The notes: generated by a model from the sequence alone, not told the origin. Counted from the first letter of the stretch, positions 1 to 12,037 are shown. The stretch is 64,000 nucleotides of DNA from Nannocystales bacterium (GCA_050633305.1 JBOEGF010000043.1:96001-160000), one strand, 5' to 3'. Numbers and translations: made by a program.

Positions 1-2
1 CG

Positions 3-1634
<1,632 letters not shown>

Positions 1635-1665
1635 CGTCGCCGGGAACCTACGAGGAAGTCATCCA

Positions 1666-2424
1666 ATGAAGATCAAACTCAACGTTTGGCGACAGTCCGG
1701 TCCCAAGGACTCCGGCGGTCTCAAGTCGTACGACATCGAGGTCACCGAGCACATGTCGTTCCTTGAGATGTTCGACGTGCTCAACGAGCAGCTGCTCAAG
1801 AACCCCAGCAAGCACCCCGAGGGTCCGGTCGCGTTCGACCACGACTGTCGTGAGGGAATCTGCGGGATGTGTTCGATGGTGATCGACGGCGTGCCGCATG
1901 GTCCCAACAAGGCCACCACGACCTGTCAGCTGCATATGCGCAGCTACAAGGACGGCGATGAGATCACGGTCGAGCCGTTCCGGGCGAAAGCGTTCCCGGT
2001 CCTGCGCGACCTGATCGTCGACCGCAACTCCTTCGACCGGATCCAGCAAGCGGGCGGCTACATCAGCGTCCGTACCGGAGCTGCGCCCGATGCCAACGCG
2101 ATCGCAATCGGCAAGGCCGACGCGGACGATGCGTTCGACTACGCCGCGTGCATCGGCTGCGGAGCCTGCGTGGCTGCCTGCCCCAACGCTTCGGCGATGC
2201 TGTTCGTCGGTGCCAAGGTCTCGCACCTCGCCAAAGTCCCTCAGGGACAGGTCGAGCGGACCGGACGCGTGCTGCGGATGGTCGACACGATGGATACCGA
2301 AGGCTTCGGCGGCTGCACCAACCACGGCGAGTGTGAAGCTGCGTGCCCCAAGGCGATCAGCCTCGACGCCATCGCCATGCTCAACTCCGAGCTGGCACGG
2401 GCCGCGATTTCGTCCGCCAAGTAG
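1666..2424 (+). CDS. sdhB: Succinate dehydrogenase/fumarate reductase iron-sulfur subunit
   Basis: CREGICGMC...C (2Fe-2S), [11 protein letters not shown] (4Fe-4S) and [12 protein letters not shown] (3Fe-4S) motifs. GAGGA RBS upstream. Confidence 0.96.
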   Translation: MKIKLNVWRQSGPKDSGGLKSYDIEVTEHMSFLEMFDVLNEQLLKNPSKHPEGPVAFDHDCREGICGMCSMVIDGVPHGPNKATTTCQLHMRSYKDGDEITVEPFRAKAFPVLRDLIVDRNSFDRIQQAGGYISVRTGAAPDANAIAIGKADADDAFDYAACIGCGACVAACPNASAMLFVGAKVSHLAKVPQGQVERTGRVLRMVDTMDTEGFGGCTNHGECEAACPKAISLDAIAMLNSELARAAISSAK

Positions 2425-2448
2425 TCCCGCGTCCTACGACGACGCCTG

Positions 2449-4125
2449 ATGACGGGCGAGTCTGCTTGCAGGCTCGCCCGTAGTCGTGTGCATCATGCTG
2501 CCGTGGCGCGCGGAGACGACTCCTCCCGGTGGTGGGTGCCCCTCACCGGCTTCGCGGTCCTCGTGGCGTATGTCGTCGTGCGAGAGCTGGGCAACTCCCC
2601 GTACGACGATAGCTACTTCTTCAAGCGCTTCGCCCTGCATGCGGTGGAGAACGGCGTGTACGCGTGGAACCTCGAGGATGGCGCGGTTCATGGCAGCACG
2701 AGCCAGCTTTTTCAGGCGCTGACGACGGCGGTGGTGTTGTTCACCAAGACCCACTTCGTCGCCGCCGTTCGGGTGCTCGACGGTGCCTTGCTCGTGCTGA
2801 CTGCCGGGCTCTTGCTTCGGGTGGCACGCGGTCCACTGGTGTTGCTGACCCTGGGCAACGCGCTGGTCATGTCGGTGATTCGGTCCAACATGGAGACCGC
2901 TCTGGCGCTCGCCGTGCTGGCGACGGCGTTGGTGCTGGAACTCCGGGGGGCGCGAGAGGACAGTTCACGCGCGGACCGAATCTCGGCCGCGGTGACGGTG
3001 ATCGTCTACCTGGCGCGGCCTGATGCCGCGGCCATCGTCGCCGTCTTTGCGCTGCTCCAGCGATGGTGGAGTGGACGTGGCACCGTTCGCTACGCAGCGA
3101 TGCTCGGCGTTTCGATGGCGCTCGTGTGGGCTGGGCTGTGGGCGGTCTATGGCACCGCGCTCCCGCTGTCGTTTCACATGAAGACGATGGCGCTTCATAC
3201 CTATGGCCCTTACATCGCGAGCAGGCGCTGGGCCACGAAGGTGCCGCACCTGCTTGTGTTTGTGTTTACGGTGGCGCCCATGCTCTGGCTCCTCGTCCGA
3301 GCGCGGGTGTGGAAGCACCGGGATGCCACGCTGGCGTTGACGCTCAGTGCGCTGGTGTTCGTGGCGTATCACGTGGTGAGTACCCATGAGATCATGGGGT
3401 ATCGGGCTCGCTTCTACGTTCCCGCGCTTGTGCCGTTGTGCCTCGCTACCGCGCGAGTGTGGCCGACCGAGCGAGTTCCTCTGGCGCGATGGGGGGCGTT
3501 TGTCCTGGCGTGGTCCGGGTGCGGTGCGGTTGCCTACGGGCAGGGCTGGATGCCCAACGGGGACGGGTTCTTCCTCACCATGCTGCCGTGGCCGGCCTAT
3601 GTGATGGTCGTCGTTGGGTGGAGCGTGGCACTCGTTTGGCCGGGCCGGGGCGTTGTCGTCGCCGGCTGCCTGCTCTTGGGGATCACGGCGTGGATCCCCC
3701 TGGAAGACTCCGATCTCCGCTCGGATACCGATGTTGTCTTCCGCCACAACCGCGAGGTCACGACCACCCGGGGGGTGTTCGACGTTGCGCGGTGTCTCCC
3801 TGAGGGAAGTACCGTTTACCACTCCGAGATGGGCATCCCAGGGCTGGTCTTGTATCGCATGAGCGTCATCGATCAGGCAGGCCTTCTCTCCCGAGACGTT
3901 GCGATGGGTGGGCGTTCGTTCCAAACGCGATGCGCCGAGGAGCGGCCGGAGGCGATCTTCTTGCCACACCGGAACTATCGGGCGCTCAACGCTGAGATCG
4001 CGGACTCGGCGTGCATCAGAGACTACGTGCAGATTGTGAAGCGCTCGTCCTCGGCACTGCATGTGCGGGCCGATCTCGCGGCGGGGTTTCTGCAATGCGG
4101 GACCGACTATCGCCAGTGGCGGTAG
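2449..4125 (+). CDS. Polytopic membrane protein, probable GT-C fold glycosyltransferase (AftB/ArnT-like)
   Basis: DD motif after the first TM helix (PYDDSYFFKRFA...WN...HGSTS), NMET, LARPD and RFYVP motifs, many TM segments. Start uncertain. Confidence 0.6.
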   Translation: MTGESACRLARSRVHHAAVARGDDSSRWWVPLTGFAVLVAYVVVRELGNSPYDDSYFFKRFALHAVENGVYAWNLEDGAVHGSTSQLFQALTTAVVLFTKTHFVAAVRVLDGALLVLTAGLLLRVARGPLVLLTLGNALVMSVIRSNMETALALAVLATALVLELRGAREDSSRADRISAAVTVIVYLARPDAAAIVAVFALLQRWWSGRGTVRYAAMLGVSMALVWAGLWAVYGTALPLSFHMKTMALHTYGPYIASRRWATKVPHLLVFVFTVAPMLWLLVRARVWKHRDATLALTLSALVFVAYHVVSTHEIMGYRARFYVPALVPLCLATARVWPTERVPLARWGAFVLAWSGCGAVAYGQGWMPNGDGFFLTMLPWPAYVMVVVGWSVALVWPGRGVVVAGCLLLGITAWIPLEDSDLRSDTDVVFRHNREVTTTRGVFDVARCLPEGSTVYHSEMGIPGLVLYRMSVIDQAGLLSRDVAMGGRSFQTRCAEERPEAIFLPHRNYRALNAEIADSACIRDYVQIVKRSSSALHVRADLAAGFLQCGTDYRQWR

Positions 4126-4278
4126 CCGGACGCGTGCAGCGAACGGCTGTCGGCTCGGCAAGCCGGACGTGTGCTTCCCCAGGTTCTCTCGGCGCGTGGG
4201 TCCGTCAAGCGAGATGCTCCCCGGACTCCTGCGCCGAGACCTCGAAGTCCGGAGCGGACCGAGGCGTTTCAGGACGCG

Positions 4279-5538
4279 CTATGGAGACGCGGTGCTGGAG
4301 AGGACCGCGTCGATGTGGATGTCGGTGTCCCGAAGACTGCCGAGCGATCCTGGACTGTAGACGTGTTCCCACACGGCCATCCCGATGTCGGGGGAGTCGC
4401 CGGAGAGGGCCACGGCCGGAGCCAAGTTGTCCTTTCCTACGTCATGCACCACGGCACGGGGAGCTTTGAGCGTCATGGACGCTGATACGGGTCGTGACCA
4501 GATCTCCATGTCTTGGCCGGCGTTCGGGCCCTCGTTCTCCCAGACCACGTAGAACTCCCCAGTGGTGTCGATGAAGGCGACGTCGGGACGTTGTTCGTCC
4601 TGGCCCGTGTTGGCGATCATCAGAGTGGAGCCGCCGGCCGAGCTTCCGTTTGCGTTGAGCTGCTCGGCGAACACGTCGTTGTCACTGCTGTTGTATGCGT
4701 GTTCCCACGCGACCATGTACTTGCCCGCATCGTCGGCTTCGACCGAGGGGTTCGAGCTCGCGTTCGTGAACCCCGAGGTCAGGTTGGATGAGGAGCCCAC
4801 CGACCAGGTGGAGAGGTTCACCGCTCGGCTGGAAACGTTGTTGTTGGCGTTGGCGGTCTCTTCGCCGACGACCACGCATGTGGCCGCAGTCCACGAGCAT
4901 GCGACGTCGGGGTCTCGGTCGTCCGCGCTGCTGGCCTGGACAGCGAGCGGCGGTCCGGTCACCGCTGCCGTGTTCGGGTTGAGGCGAACCGCGTAGATGT
5001 CGGTGTCGGTGGCGGAGTATTCGAGTTCGTAGGTGACGATGAACGCGTTGGCGGTGCTGTTGTAGGCCAGTTGCGGTGCTTGCTCCCGGCGGCTGTCGGT
5101 GGCCACGGCGACGTTCAGGGGTTGGAGCACGATGATGCCTGCACGGGCCACCTCCACGACCCGAATGTCCGTGTCGGCGCCCTGGTCATCGACGTACGCG
5201 ACGAAGAATCCCTTCGTCACCGGGTTGTAGGCGACAGCGGGGTCCCGCTCATTCTCAACGAGCGAGGCGGCCACGGTGATGGCCGCCGAAGTCGGGCTCC
5301 CTGCGCCATCGAACCTCCGGGCGAGGAGGTCGGTGCCACCGAAGGCGTTGACGGTCTGCCAAACCACGAGGAACTCGTCGTCGTCACTGCTGTAGGCGAT
5401 GACGGGACGTGTCTCGTCGCTGGTCGTCTGGCTCACCACGCTTGGGGCCGCCTGGGCCGATTGGCTCGTGAAGAAGCCCGCGAACGCGATGGCGGTGATG
5501 GGGAGGGCATGAAGGGGGGAATAGATTTGTCTAGTCAT
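4279..5538 (-). CDS. Secreted repeat protein (probable beta-propeller)
   Basis: Signal peptide ending SAQA. About 6-7 repeats of PxxAY...(F/Y)xVxW...DxDI. Start chosen at MTRQIYS. Confidence 0.75.
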   Translation of the reverse strand: MTRQIYSPLHALPITAIAFAGFFTSQSAQAAPSVVSQTTSDETRPVIAYSSDDDEFLVVWQTVNAFGGTDLLARRFDGAGSPTSAAITVAASLVENERDPAVAYNPVTKGFFVAYVDDQGADTDIRVVEVARAGIIVLQPLNVAVATDSRREQAPQLAYNSTANAFIVTYELEYSATDTDIYAVRLNPNTAAVTGPPLAVQASSADDRDPDVACSWTAATCVVVGEETANANNNVSSRAVNLSTWSVGSSSNLTSGFTNASSNPSVEADDAGKYMVAWEHAYNSSDNDVFAEQLNANGSSAGGSTLMIANTGQDEQRPDVAFIDTTGEFYVVWENEGPNAGQDMEIWSRPVSASMTLKAPRAVVHDVGKDNLAPAVALSGDSPDIGMAVWEHVYSPGSLGSLRDTDIHIDAVLSSTASP

Positions 5539-6027
5539 GATGGGCGACGTCGCTCCGGGCAGGTAGTGCTTGGGGCGGCGAGACCGGATCACGACGAGAT
5601 GGTTGGTGATATCGGTGCGACATTCGCCAGAAGGGTTGCAGGCCCCGCGGCACGTCGACCTGAACAGGTGGGGCGGGAGTCGGTGAGGCGACCACGATGA
5701 AAGTCGTGTCGGGGCCGTTGTGCACTGGACCGTCCTCGCTGCAGGAAGCTGACCCTTTAGACAGGTTCGCTCGGCGCGGCGTTGGGGTAGGTGTATCTAC
5801 GGCTCCACATTGATCAGTGTGCCGGGTCCGTTGGTCGTGTTCTTTGCATAAAGCGGGGCCTTCGCGAGCGTGTTCGTTGCTCTCGGCCTGGCACGGCGAA
5901 GCGCAGCATTCGACATTTCTCCTCGGCGGCGTTCCGTGCCCGAGGGAGGTGATGCTCAAGAAGGTCGCGCTGTCCGTTTCCGCGTGACGCGACGTCGGTC
6001 GGACCGATCTGCTAGGCTGCGTTTTGG

Positions 6028-7842
6028 ATGACCGACGCTTGGAGGCAGCCAGGCGAACTGCTTGGAAGAATCCTCGAGGGCCGCTACCGAGTCGATCGAA
6101 TCATCGGCGAGGGGGGAATGGGGACCGTCTTCGAAGGGGTCCATTCCCACATTGAGAAGCGCGTTGCTCTGAAGGTCCTCTCTCCTGCCATGGCAAGAGA
6201 TGAGAACCACCGGGCGCGGTTCCTGAACGAAGCTCGGGCGGCCGCCCGCATCTCGAGCCCGCACGTTGTGGGCATTACCGACTATGGTCGGAGCCCGATT
6301 ACGTTCGTCGTGATGGAGTTCCTCGAGGGCGAGGACCTCTCACGCCGCCTGGCAAAAACCGGTCCGCTCGACGTTGCGGAGGTGCTCACATTGCTTCGGC
6401 AGATCTGTGCGGGGCTCGAGGCCGCACACAAGAAAGGCGTCGTACACCGGGATATCAAGCCGTCGAACATCTTTCTCGCGAAGGAGGAGGACGACGTTGA
6501 GGTCGCGAAGATCCTCGATTTCGGAATCGCGAAACTCTTCGACGCGGGGCGAGGGACGAAAGGGCTCACACGGCCCAACGAGACCATCGGTACCGCGGCA
6601 TATATGTCGCCCGAGCAGATTCTTGGCGCGGGGGTCGACCGACGGAGCGATATCTACTCTCTCGGGGTCGTGCTGTTTCGAATGCTCGTCGGAACCATCC
6701 CTTTTCGGGCAGAGAACGGGTTCGGGGTGATGGAAAAACACGTGCGGTCGCAGCCGCCCGCTCTCAACATTGACTCGCCCGAAGTCGAGTCCGTGGTGTT
6801 GCGTTGTCTGGAGAAGTCGCGGGAGAGGCGGTTCCCCGATGTGGGGGCCCTTCTTCGGGCGTTCGAGGCCGCGGTGCAGAGCGATGAAACGGACGCATCT
6901 GGAGCGTGTGGCCGAACGCTTGTTCCTTTCGCGCCGAAGAGTCCTGCGAACACGGAGGTCACCGGGTACACAGGCGCGCCTCCTGCCGCGAAACGAGCGT
7001 CAACCGAACCCATCCTCGTATCAGAGAAGCGAACCCCAACTCTACGGCAGGGCGCGACAGAGCCGAGCGCCGACATGCTGCGGACCCGCGTGGAGCGAGC
7101 GGGTGCGGAGCCGTCGGAACGTTCGTTCTCGCTTAGGCTGGGGCTCGTGTTGGCGTGCTCGATGGTTGTCGGCGGTGCTGCGTTCGCGTGGCAGGATTCG
7201 ACGAACCCGCGGATGGCCGGCCGGGGCCAAGGAGCGGAGGTCGAAGCCGCTGCCTTGGTGCTCCCCCATCGCGACACGCTCGCGGCGGCGGATCCCGTTG
7301 AACTCGGATTCACGCCGTCGATTGACCTTCCCGCCCTGCTTGCAGGGCAGGCAACCCCGAACCCCGAACCCCTCGGGGTCGAGCTCGAACCGGTCGAGAA
7401 CCTCGTTGAGGTTGAGCCGCGCACCGAAGCGACGCCGCTCGAAGAGCCGGTCCCGGCCGTGCGGGAGGAGACGCCGACGGACGTTCAGACGAAGCCGCCT
7501 GTCGGAAAACGAGGCCGGCGAGGCCGGCGAGGTCGGAACAAGCGACCGCAGAAGCTCGGCGCGGCCGAGGACGCAGCCGGAGAGTCCCTGGAGAGGGTGG
7601 TGGAAGCGATGCTCAAGAGGGCCCAGAAGGCAGCGTTGAGTGATCAAGCCCAGTGTTTTCAGCTCGCTGCGGAGGCGCACGAGATGCGTCCCTCCCAACG
7701 AGCAGCGGTCGTGATGACCAAGTGCGCGTGTCGGCTGGGCGACGCGGAGAAAGCGAACACCGCCGCAAGGCTACTCAGCGGCAAGCACCCAAACGTGAAG
7801 AAGCTCTGTGAACTCAAGGGCGTTGAGCTCGCGATAGACTGA
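6028..7842 (+). CDS. Transmembrane Ser/Thr protein kinase (Hanks type)
   Basis: IGEGGMGTV, VALK, HRDIKPSN, DFG, GTAAYMSPE. TM helix at about aa 370, Pro/Glu linker, Cys-containing C-terminal domain. Confidence 0.93.
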   Translation: MTDAWRQPGELLGRILEGRYRVDRIIGEGGMGTVFEGVHSHIEKRVALKVLSPAMARDENHRARFLNEARAAARISSPHVVGITDYGRSPITFVVMEFLEGEDLSRRLAKTGPLDVAEVLTLLRQICAGLEAAHKKGVVHRDIKPSNIFLAKEEDDVEVAKILDFGIAKLFDAGRGTKGLTRPNETIGTAAYMSPEQILGAGVDRRSDIYSLGVVLFRMLVGTIPFRAENGFGVMEKHVRSQPPALNIDSPEVESVVLRCLEKSRERRFPDVGALLRAFEAAVQSDETDASGACGRTLVPFAPKSPANTEVTGYTGAPPAAKRASTEPILVSEKRTPTLRQGATEPSADMLRTRVERAGAEPSERSFSLRLGLVLACSMVVGGAAFAWQDSTNPRMAGRGQGAEVEAAALVLPHRDTLAAADPVELGFTPSIDLPALLAGQATPNPEPLGVELEPVENLVEVEPRTEATPLEEPVPAVREETPTDVQTKPPVGKRGRRGRRGRNKRPQKLGAAEDAAGESLERVVEAMLKRAQKAALSDQAQCFQLAAEAHEMRPSQRAAVVMTKCACRLGDAEKANTAARLLSGKHPNVKKLCELKGVELAID

Positions 7843-7961
7843 GCTCGGTGGCGTCAGGGTAGAGCCTGCAACGCCCCTCGAGACTGCCACGAGACGAACG
7901 GGTCGGGCAGGTGGCGGGCCGGTCACCGAGAGGAGCGGACCCACGGCTGTGGGCCGCTCCG

Positions 7962-9425
7962 CTATCGCTGTGCCGCGACCCGTCGGTAGTGTAGCGACCC
8001 GCCCCCGCGCTCGAGCACCAACATGGTCGATGCGGCTGTCGTGGTGATGTATGCGGTGGACTGAGGTCGGTCCTTGAAGAAGAACTTCCGGGGGGCGGTG
8101 GGGTGCATGCGCCTGCTCTGTCTGCCTTGGATGTGGAGGCGCAACCCCTCACCCTGCACGAATTCCGTGTCGACCACGCGTAGGGTCGAAAGGGTCTCCG
8201 CGTCGGCGGTGAGCTCGACGTGACGAAGGTCGCTGGGTGTCATCACCCACTGCCCGGCAAACGCGGCGAAGGGCTCGGGATCAAGTGGCACTGGCCGCGC
8301 TTCATCGCGCACGGGAACAGGAAACTCGTACGCCATCTGGGCGACGGCCTCGGCGATCTGGGAGCCGGGAGCGACCTCGGAGTTCGCCAGGTGAATCACG
8401 ACCAAGCCGTCGGAGGGGATGAGCAACACGCCGTGTTCGTGGCCGTCGAAGAGTCCCACCCAGCCGTACGCATCGCGTCCCGCGATGGTGGTGGGGGCGA
8501 ATCCGTATGGTTTGTCGAGGTCGTTGTTGCCGAACATGCGGCGACTAAGCTCGGCGCCGTAGGTCTCGTTGAGCAGGGCTGCGTACAGCTTGCCCAGGTC
8601 GGTCGCGGTCGAGGTCCAGCCTCCGGCGGCGCCCAAGGACGCGGGGGTGGCTTCAACGACCGGCTCGAGGTGTTCGTCCGGATGAAAGGACAGCCCGACG
8701 GATGCCCCCGGCTGTCGTCCGAACTTGGTGTGCTCCATGCCCAGAGGACCCAAGACCCGGGTCTGCACAACATCGGCATAGGGCTGCTCGGTGACCTCTT
8801 CGAGCAGCAGCCCGAGCAACGCCGCGTTGGACAAGCTCGGCGCGAAGTCGGTGCCCGGGTCGAACTCCAGGGGGTCGCCTGCGAAGGAGGTGACCAACGC
8901 CTTGTGGGTGGCCGCGCGTCGCTTGTAGACCCGCTCGAACAACATCGTCTCGGTGAAGTTGGGCAGCCCGCTGGTCATGGTCAGCAGGTGTTCCACCGTG
9001 ATGGATGGCTGCAGTCCCAGGTCCGGAATGTGGGTGGCCACCGCGTCGTCCAACGCGAGGTCTCCGCTGCGCACGAGGTCGAGCACCGCGACGTGGGTGA
9101 GGTGGACGGAGAGCGTGCCGATCTCGAAGGCGTCGTCCTCTCCGTGCGCGGTTTCTTGGGCGAGATCCCGAAGCCCCCAAGACTGCTGATACAGGGTCTC
9201 CCCCTCCGCGAACACGGCGGTGGTGCCATGGACCCGGAACGTCGGCCACTGCTTGCCCCATCCGGCGACGTAGGTGCTCAGCGATTGGGCGAAGTCGTCC
9301 GGCAAGGTGAAGGCCGCGGGTTCTTCGACGGGGGCTGCGGCGGGGGAGGGAGGGCGGGACTCTCCGGCGCACGCAGAGGCCGCGACGGCGAGGATGAGGA
9401 CGAGGGGGCGGGCGGACATCGGCAT
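7962..9425 (-). CDS. Serine hydrolase / beta-lactamase class C-like lipoprotein, probably catalytically atypical
   Basis: Lipobox ASAC. Motifs FEIGTLS, ITVEHLLTMTSGLP, FDPGTDF, LGPLGMEHT, AGGWTSTATDL. Confidence 0.8.
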   Translation of the reverse strand: MPMSARPLVLILAVAASACAGESRPPSPAAAPVEEPAAFTLPDDFAQSLSTYVAGWGKQWPTFRVHGTTAVFAEGETLYQQSWGLRDLAQETAHGEDDAFEIGTLSVHLTHVAVLDLVRSGDLALDDAVATHIPDLGLQPSITVEHLLTMTSGLPNFTETMLFERVYKRRAATHKALVTSFAGDPLEFDPGTDFAPSLSNAALLGLLLEEVTEQPYADVVQTRVLGPLGMEHTKFGRQPGASVGLSFHPDEHLEPVVEATPASLGAAGGWTSTATDLGKLYAALLNETYGAELSRRMFGNNDLDKPYGFAPTTIAGRDAYGWVGLFDGHEHGVLLIPSDGLVVIHLANSEVAPGSQIAEAVAQMAYEFPVPVRDEARPVPLDPEPFAAFAGQWVMTPSDLRHVELTADAETLSTLRVVDTEFVQGEGLRLHIQGRQSRRMHPTAPRKFFFKDRPQSTAYITTTAASTMLVLERGGGSLHYRRVAAQR

Positions 9426-9752
9426 CGCTACGCACCGGGCGGAGGCGGAAACGTTCCCGGCTCCTACATCGACACACCGGGAGGTTCGAAGGTTCGATGC
9501 CGACAGCGGCGCGACGCACGAAGCGCCAAGGACGGGCTCGAACCTGCAGATCGGGCTCGCCGGAATGGGGGCAGACCACGGTTTGGCGGACGTTTTCAGG
9601 CTCGCCAACTCGTCGCTGGAGGAAGCTGTCCGGAAAACGAAACGCATCGAGCCTGCCGGCGTTGTTCGAGTACCCTCGTGCTCCGGTTCGTGAACGCCGC
9701 TTCGAAGTTGGCCGGGGTGTCGGTCCCCTATGACGTGGAACTCCCCGAAATC

Positions 9753-10457
9753 ATGAACAGTCCGCCCCTCTTCTCACTCTTCTGTGCCGCTGTCGCGGTG
9801 GCATCGGCATGCGCTCCTGCGCCGCAAATGCCCGCCGAGGCGCCTTCACCGTCGGCCACTGCGTCGGGGACACCATCCCAGCCGGCCGGTGATCCCGACG
9901 CCCCTCGCTACAAGCCCAGCTCGTCGAGCGCGAACGCGGTGGACATCACGACGAACGCTTATGGGGCGTATGGTGCCGCTCCCGATGCGCCCGAGATCGG
10001 CGATCGCGTCGAGGACTTCACACTCCCGCTCGCCGACGGCGGGACGTTCGACCTGGCACAGGCACGCTCAGCTGGCCCGGTGTTGGTGATGTTCTATCGG
10101 GGCTTTTGGTGACCCGCTTGCAACACGCAGCTCGGCGAGCTGCAAAGTTCCATGTCGGAGTTCGACGCCCGAGGCGTCACGGTCGTCGCGTTGAGCGTCG
10201 ATGCTCCCGAGGTTTCGCTTCCGTGGGTCGAGAAAAAAGGGTTCACATTTCCGGTCGCCTGCGACTCCAAGCTGGAGGTCATCCGCGCGTGGGGCCTGGA
10301 GAACACGGACGTTGGCGACCTGTCGCTGCACGCGGTGGTTCTGCTCGACCCTGACGGGACCGTCTTCTATCGAAAGATCGCGCGGCGGCGCGCCTACCCG
10401 CCCGAGTTCCTCGACGCGATCGACTATCGACAACAGAAACTCGCGGCGCCCGGGTAG
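9753..10457 (+). CDS. Peroxiredoxin-like (AhpC/TSA redoxin) lipoprotein with in-frame TGA at 10110-10112; probable selenoprotein (UxxC)
   Basis: ATG 9753 is in frame with the TGA and with the 10152-10457 ORF. Read-through gives IGDRVEDFTLP...VLVMFYRGFW-U-PACNTQLGEL...VVALSVD...FTFPVACDS...VVLLDPDGTV, a complete thioredoxin fold. Lipobox ASAC. Confidence 0.88.
10113..10147 (+). promoter_or_regulatory. Putative bacterial SECIS element
   Basis: Perfect 7-bp stem GCAGCTC (10127-10133) / GAGCTGC (10137-10143) with a G-starting loop GGC, beginning 21 nt after the UGA. Confidence 0.72.
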
Positions 10458-10510
10458 CGGTTCGCGAGTTGGGGTTGGCGGCGGGAGCTCTAGACCCCCG
10501 CTGCCGCCTG

Positions 10511-11557
10511 TCATGTCCGCAGGTCGCCGAACTCGCGGGGGGTCGCCTGCGCGCGCGCGGCCCCAGGCGAGAGGCCGAAGACCCGCTTGAATGCCCGACA
10601 GAACGCCGCCTCGGAGCCGTATCCGAACCGCGTCGCGACGCAGGCCAGGGGCTCCGTTGTTGTCTGCAGGTGCGTACGTGCGAGATTGAGCCGCCACGCG
10701 GTCAGGTAGCGCATGGGGGACTCGTCGAGCAGCTCGGTGAAGCGAGCCGAGAACGCCGAGCGTGACATGCCGGCCTGCGCGGCCAAGCCGGCGACGCTCC
10801 AGTCCTCCTGTGGGTCGCGGTGGATTGCAGCGAGTGCTCGCCCGATCTGCGGGTCACGCAATGCCGCCAACCACCCTCGATCGGCATCCGGAGAGGTCGC
10901 GAGCCACCTGCGGATCGCCTGGATGACGAGGACATCTGCGAGGCGGGTCACGACGGTTTCTCCGCCGGGGCGCATGGTTTTGGCCTCGCGGGTGATCAGC
11001 TGCAGGGTGCTGTGCAGCCAGGCTCCCGACTCGTCGTCCCAACCATCGACGGAGAGCACGGGCGGCAGGAGGTCGACGAGTCGATGCGCCGCGACGTGGT
11101 CGAAGCGGACCACGCCGTACGTCGCTTCGGTCACAGCACCGCCGCCACCCCAACGCAGCGTTTCATAGCGGTCGGTGATCGCTTGCACGGGCAGTTCGGA
11201 CAGCTCGACCGTGCGCGCGCGTCGGTCGCTGCGCAGGCGATGGGGGGTGCCGTGGGGGATGAGGGTGAGGCTCCCCGGACCCAGTTCCGCGGGCTCGACC
11301 CCGGCCATCTCGAGCCAGCATCCGCCCGCGGTGAGAATGACAAAGGTCATCATCCCCGGGAACGCCGGGATCGCGATGCCCCAGGGTGCGGAGAGTTCCG
11401 AGCGGCAGTACAAGGTGCCCGTCATCCGCAGCTGATGCAGGGTCTCGCCGAGCGGATCGGACCGATGGGGCGGTGGAGTGCGCGATCGAGACACGGAGAC
11501 GCCTGCAGCGTCGCAGAGGACAGGCTCGTCGTCCAACGGATTGGACGATGGGTACAT
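10511..11557 (-). CDS. AraC family transcriptional regulator (cupin + HTH, RclR-like)
   Basis: DPLGETL, APWGI, RLADVLVIQAIR, GWLAALRDPQIGRAL, WSVAGLA..AGMSRSAF, GYGSEAAFCRAFKR. Confidence 0.93.
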   Translation of the reverse strand: MYPSSNPLDDEPVLCDAAGVSVSRSRTPPPHRSDPLGETLHQLRMTGTLYCRSELSAPWGIAIPAFPGMMTFVILTAGGCWLEMAGVEPAELGPGSLTLIPHGTPHRLRSDRRARTVELSELPVQAITDRYETLRWGGGGAVTEATYGVVRFDHVAAHRLVDLLPPVLSVDGWDDESGAWLHSTLQLITREAKTMRPGGETVVTRLADVLVIQAIRRWLATSPDADRGWLAALRDPQIGRALAAIHRDPQEDWSVAGLAAQAGMSRSAFSARFTELLDESPMRYLTAWRLNLARTHLQTTTEPLACVATRFGYGSEAAFCRAFKRVFGLSPGAARAQATPREFGDLRT

Positions 11558-11614
11558 CGATGCGGATGTGTGGTCGTTGCCGGCCGCGCATGCGCAACGC
11601 ATCTTCCACCTACG

Positions 11615-12037
11615 ATGAACGGGTCCAAGATACTGACCATCATTCTCCTCGGCTCTGGGATTCTCGGTACGTGTGTTGGAGCCGGCTTGCTCCTGGTACC
11701 GGAGATGTTCCATGCGAGCAGTGGTATCGAGATCGGCGGGAACGTCAGTCTGCTCAGCGAGACCAGGGCGCCCGGCGGCGCCTTGTTGGCCATCGGGGCA
11801 CTCATCACCGCGGGGGCTTTCGTGCGTCATCTTCGTTTCACCGCCACGGTCTTGGCGACTGTGGTGTATCTGTCCTACGGCCTTGGCCGGGTGTTGAGCA
11901 TGTTGGTGGACGGACTGCCTTCGAGCATCCTCGTGCAGGCGGCCATCCTCGAGCTGGTCATCGGTGGGGTTTGCCTGGCTGCACTCCTGCGCTACCGACC
12001 CGGGCCCACGGGACATCACTCGACGGCCAAGGGATAG
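11615..12037 (+). CDS. Small 4-TM membrane protein (DUF4345-like)
   Basis: LLSETRAPGG and YGLGRVLSMLVDGLP motifs. Divergent from the AraC gene. Confidence 0.75.
   Translation: MNGSKILTIILLGSGILGTCVGAGLLLVPEMFHASSGIEIGGNVSLLSETRAPGGALLAIGALITAGAFVRHLRFTATVLATVVYLSYGLGRVLSMLVDGLPSSILVQAAILELVIGGVCLAALLRYRPGPTGHHSTAKG

Noticed and set aside
5889..5904. TGGCACG as a sigma-54 promoter upstream of the kinase
   Set aside because: The -12 element lacks TTGC and the GG-GC spacing is wrong.
5952..5987. Mini-ORF MLKKVALSVSA after GGAGGTG
   Set aside because: The SD-to-start spacing is too short and there is no other support.
8220..9752. N-terminal 510 aa of the 630-aa ORF 8220-10112
   Set aside because: Antisense shadow of the serine hydrolase gene. 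Only the part from ATG 9753 has a signal peptide and redoxin similarity.
10152..10457. Independent 101-aa gene
   Set aside because: It is the C-terminal half of the thioredoxin fold of the UGA read-through gene and lacks the active site.
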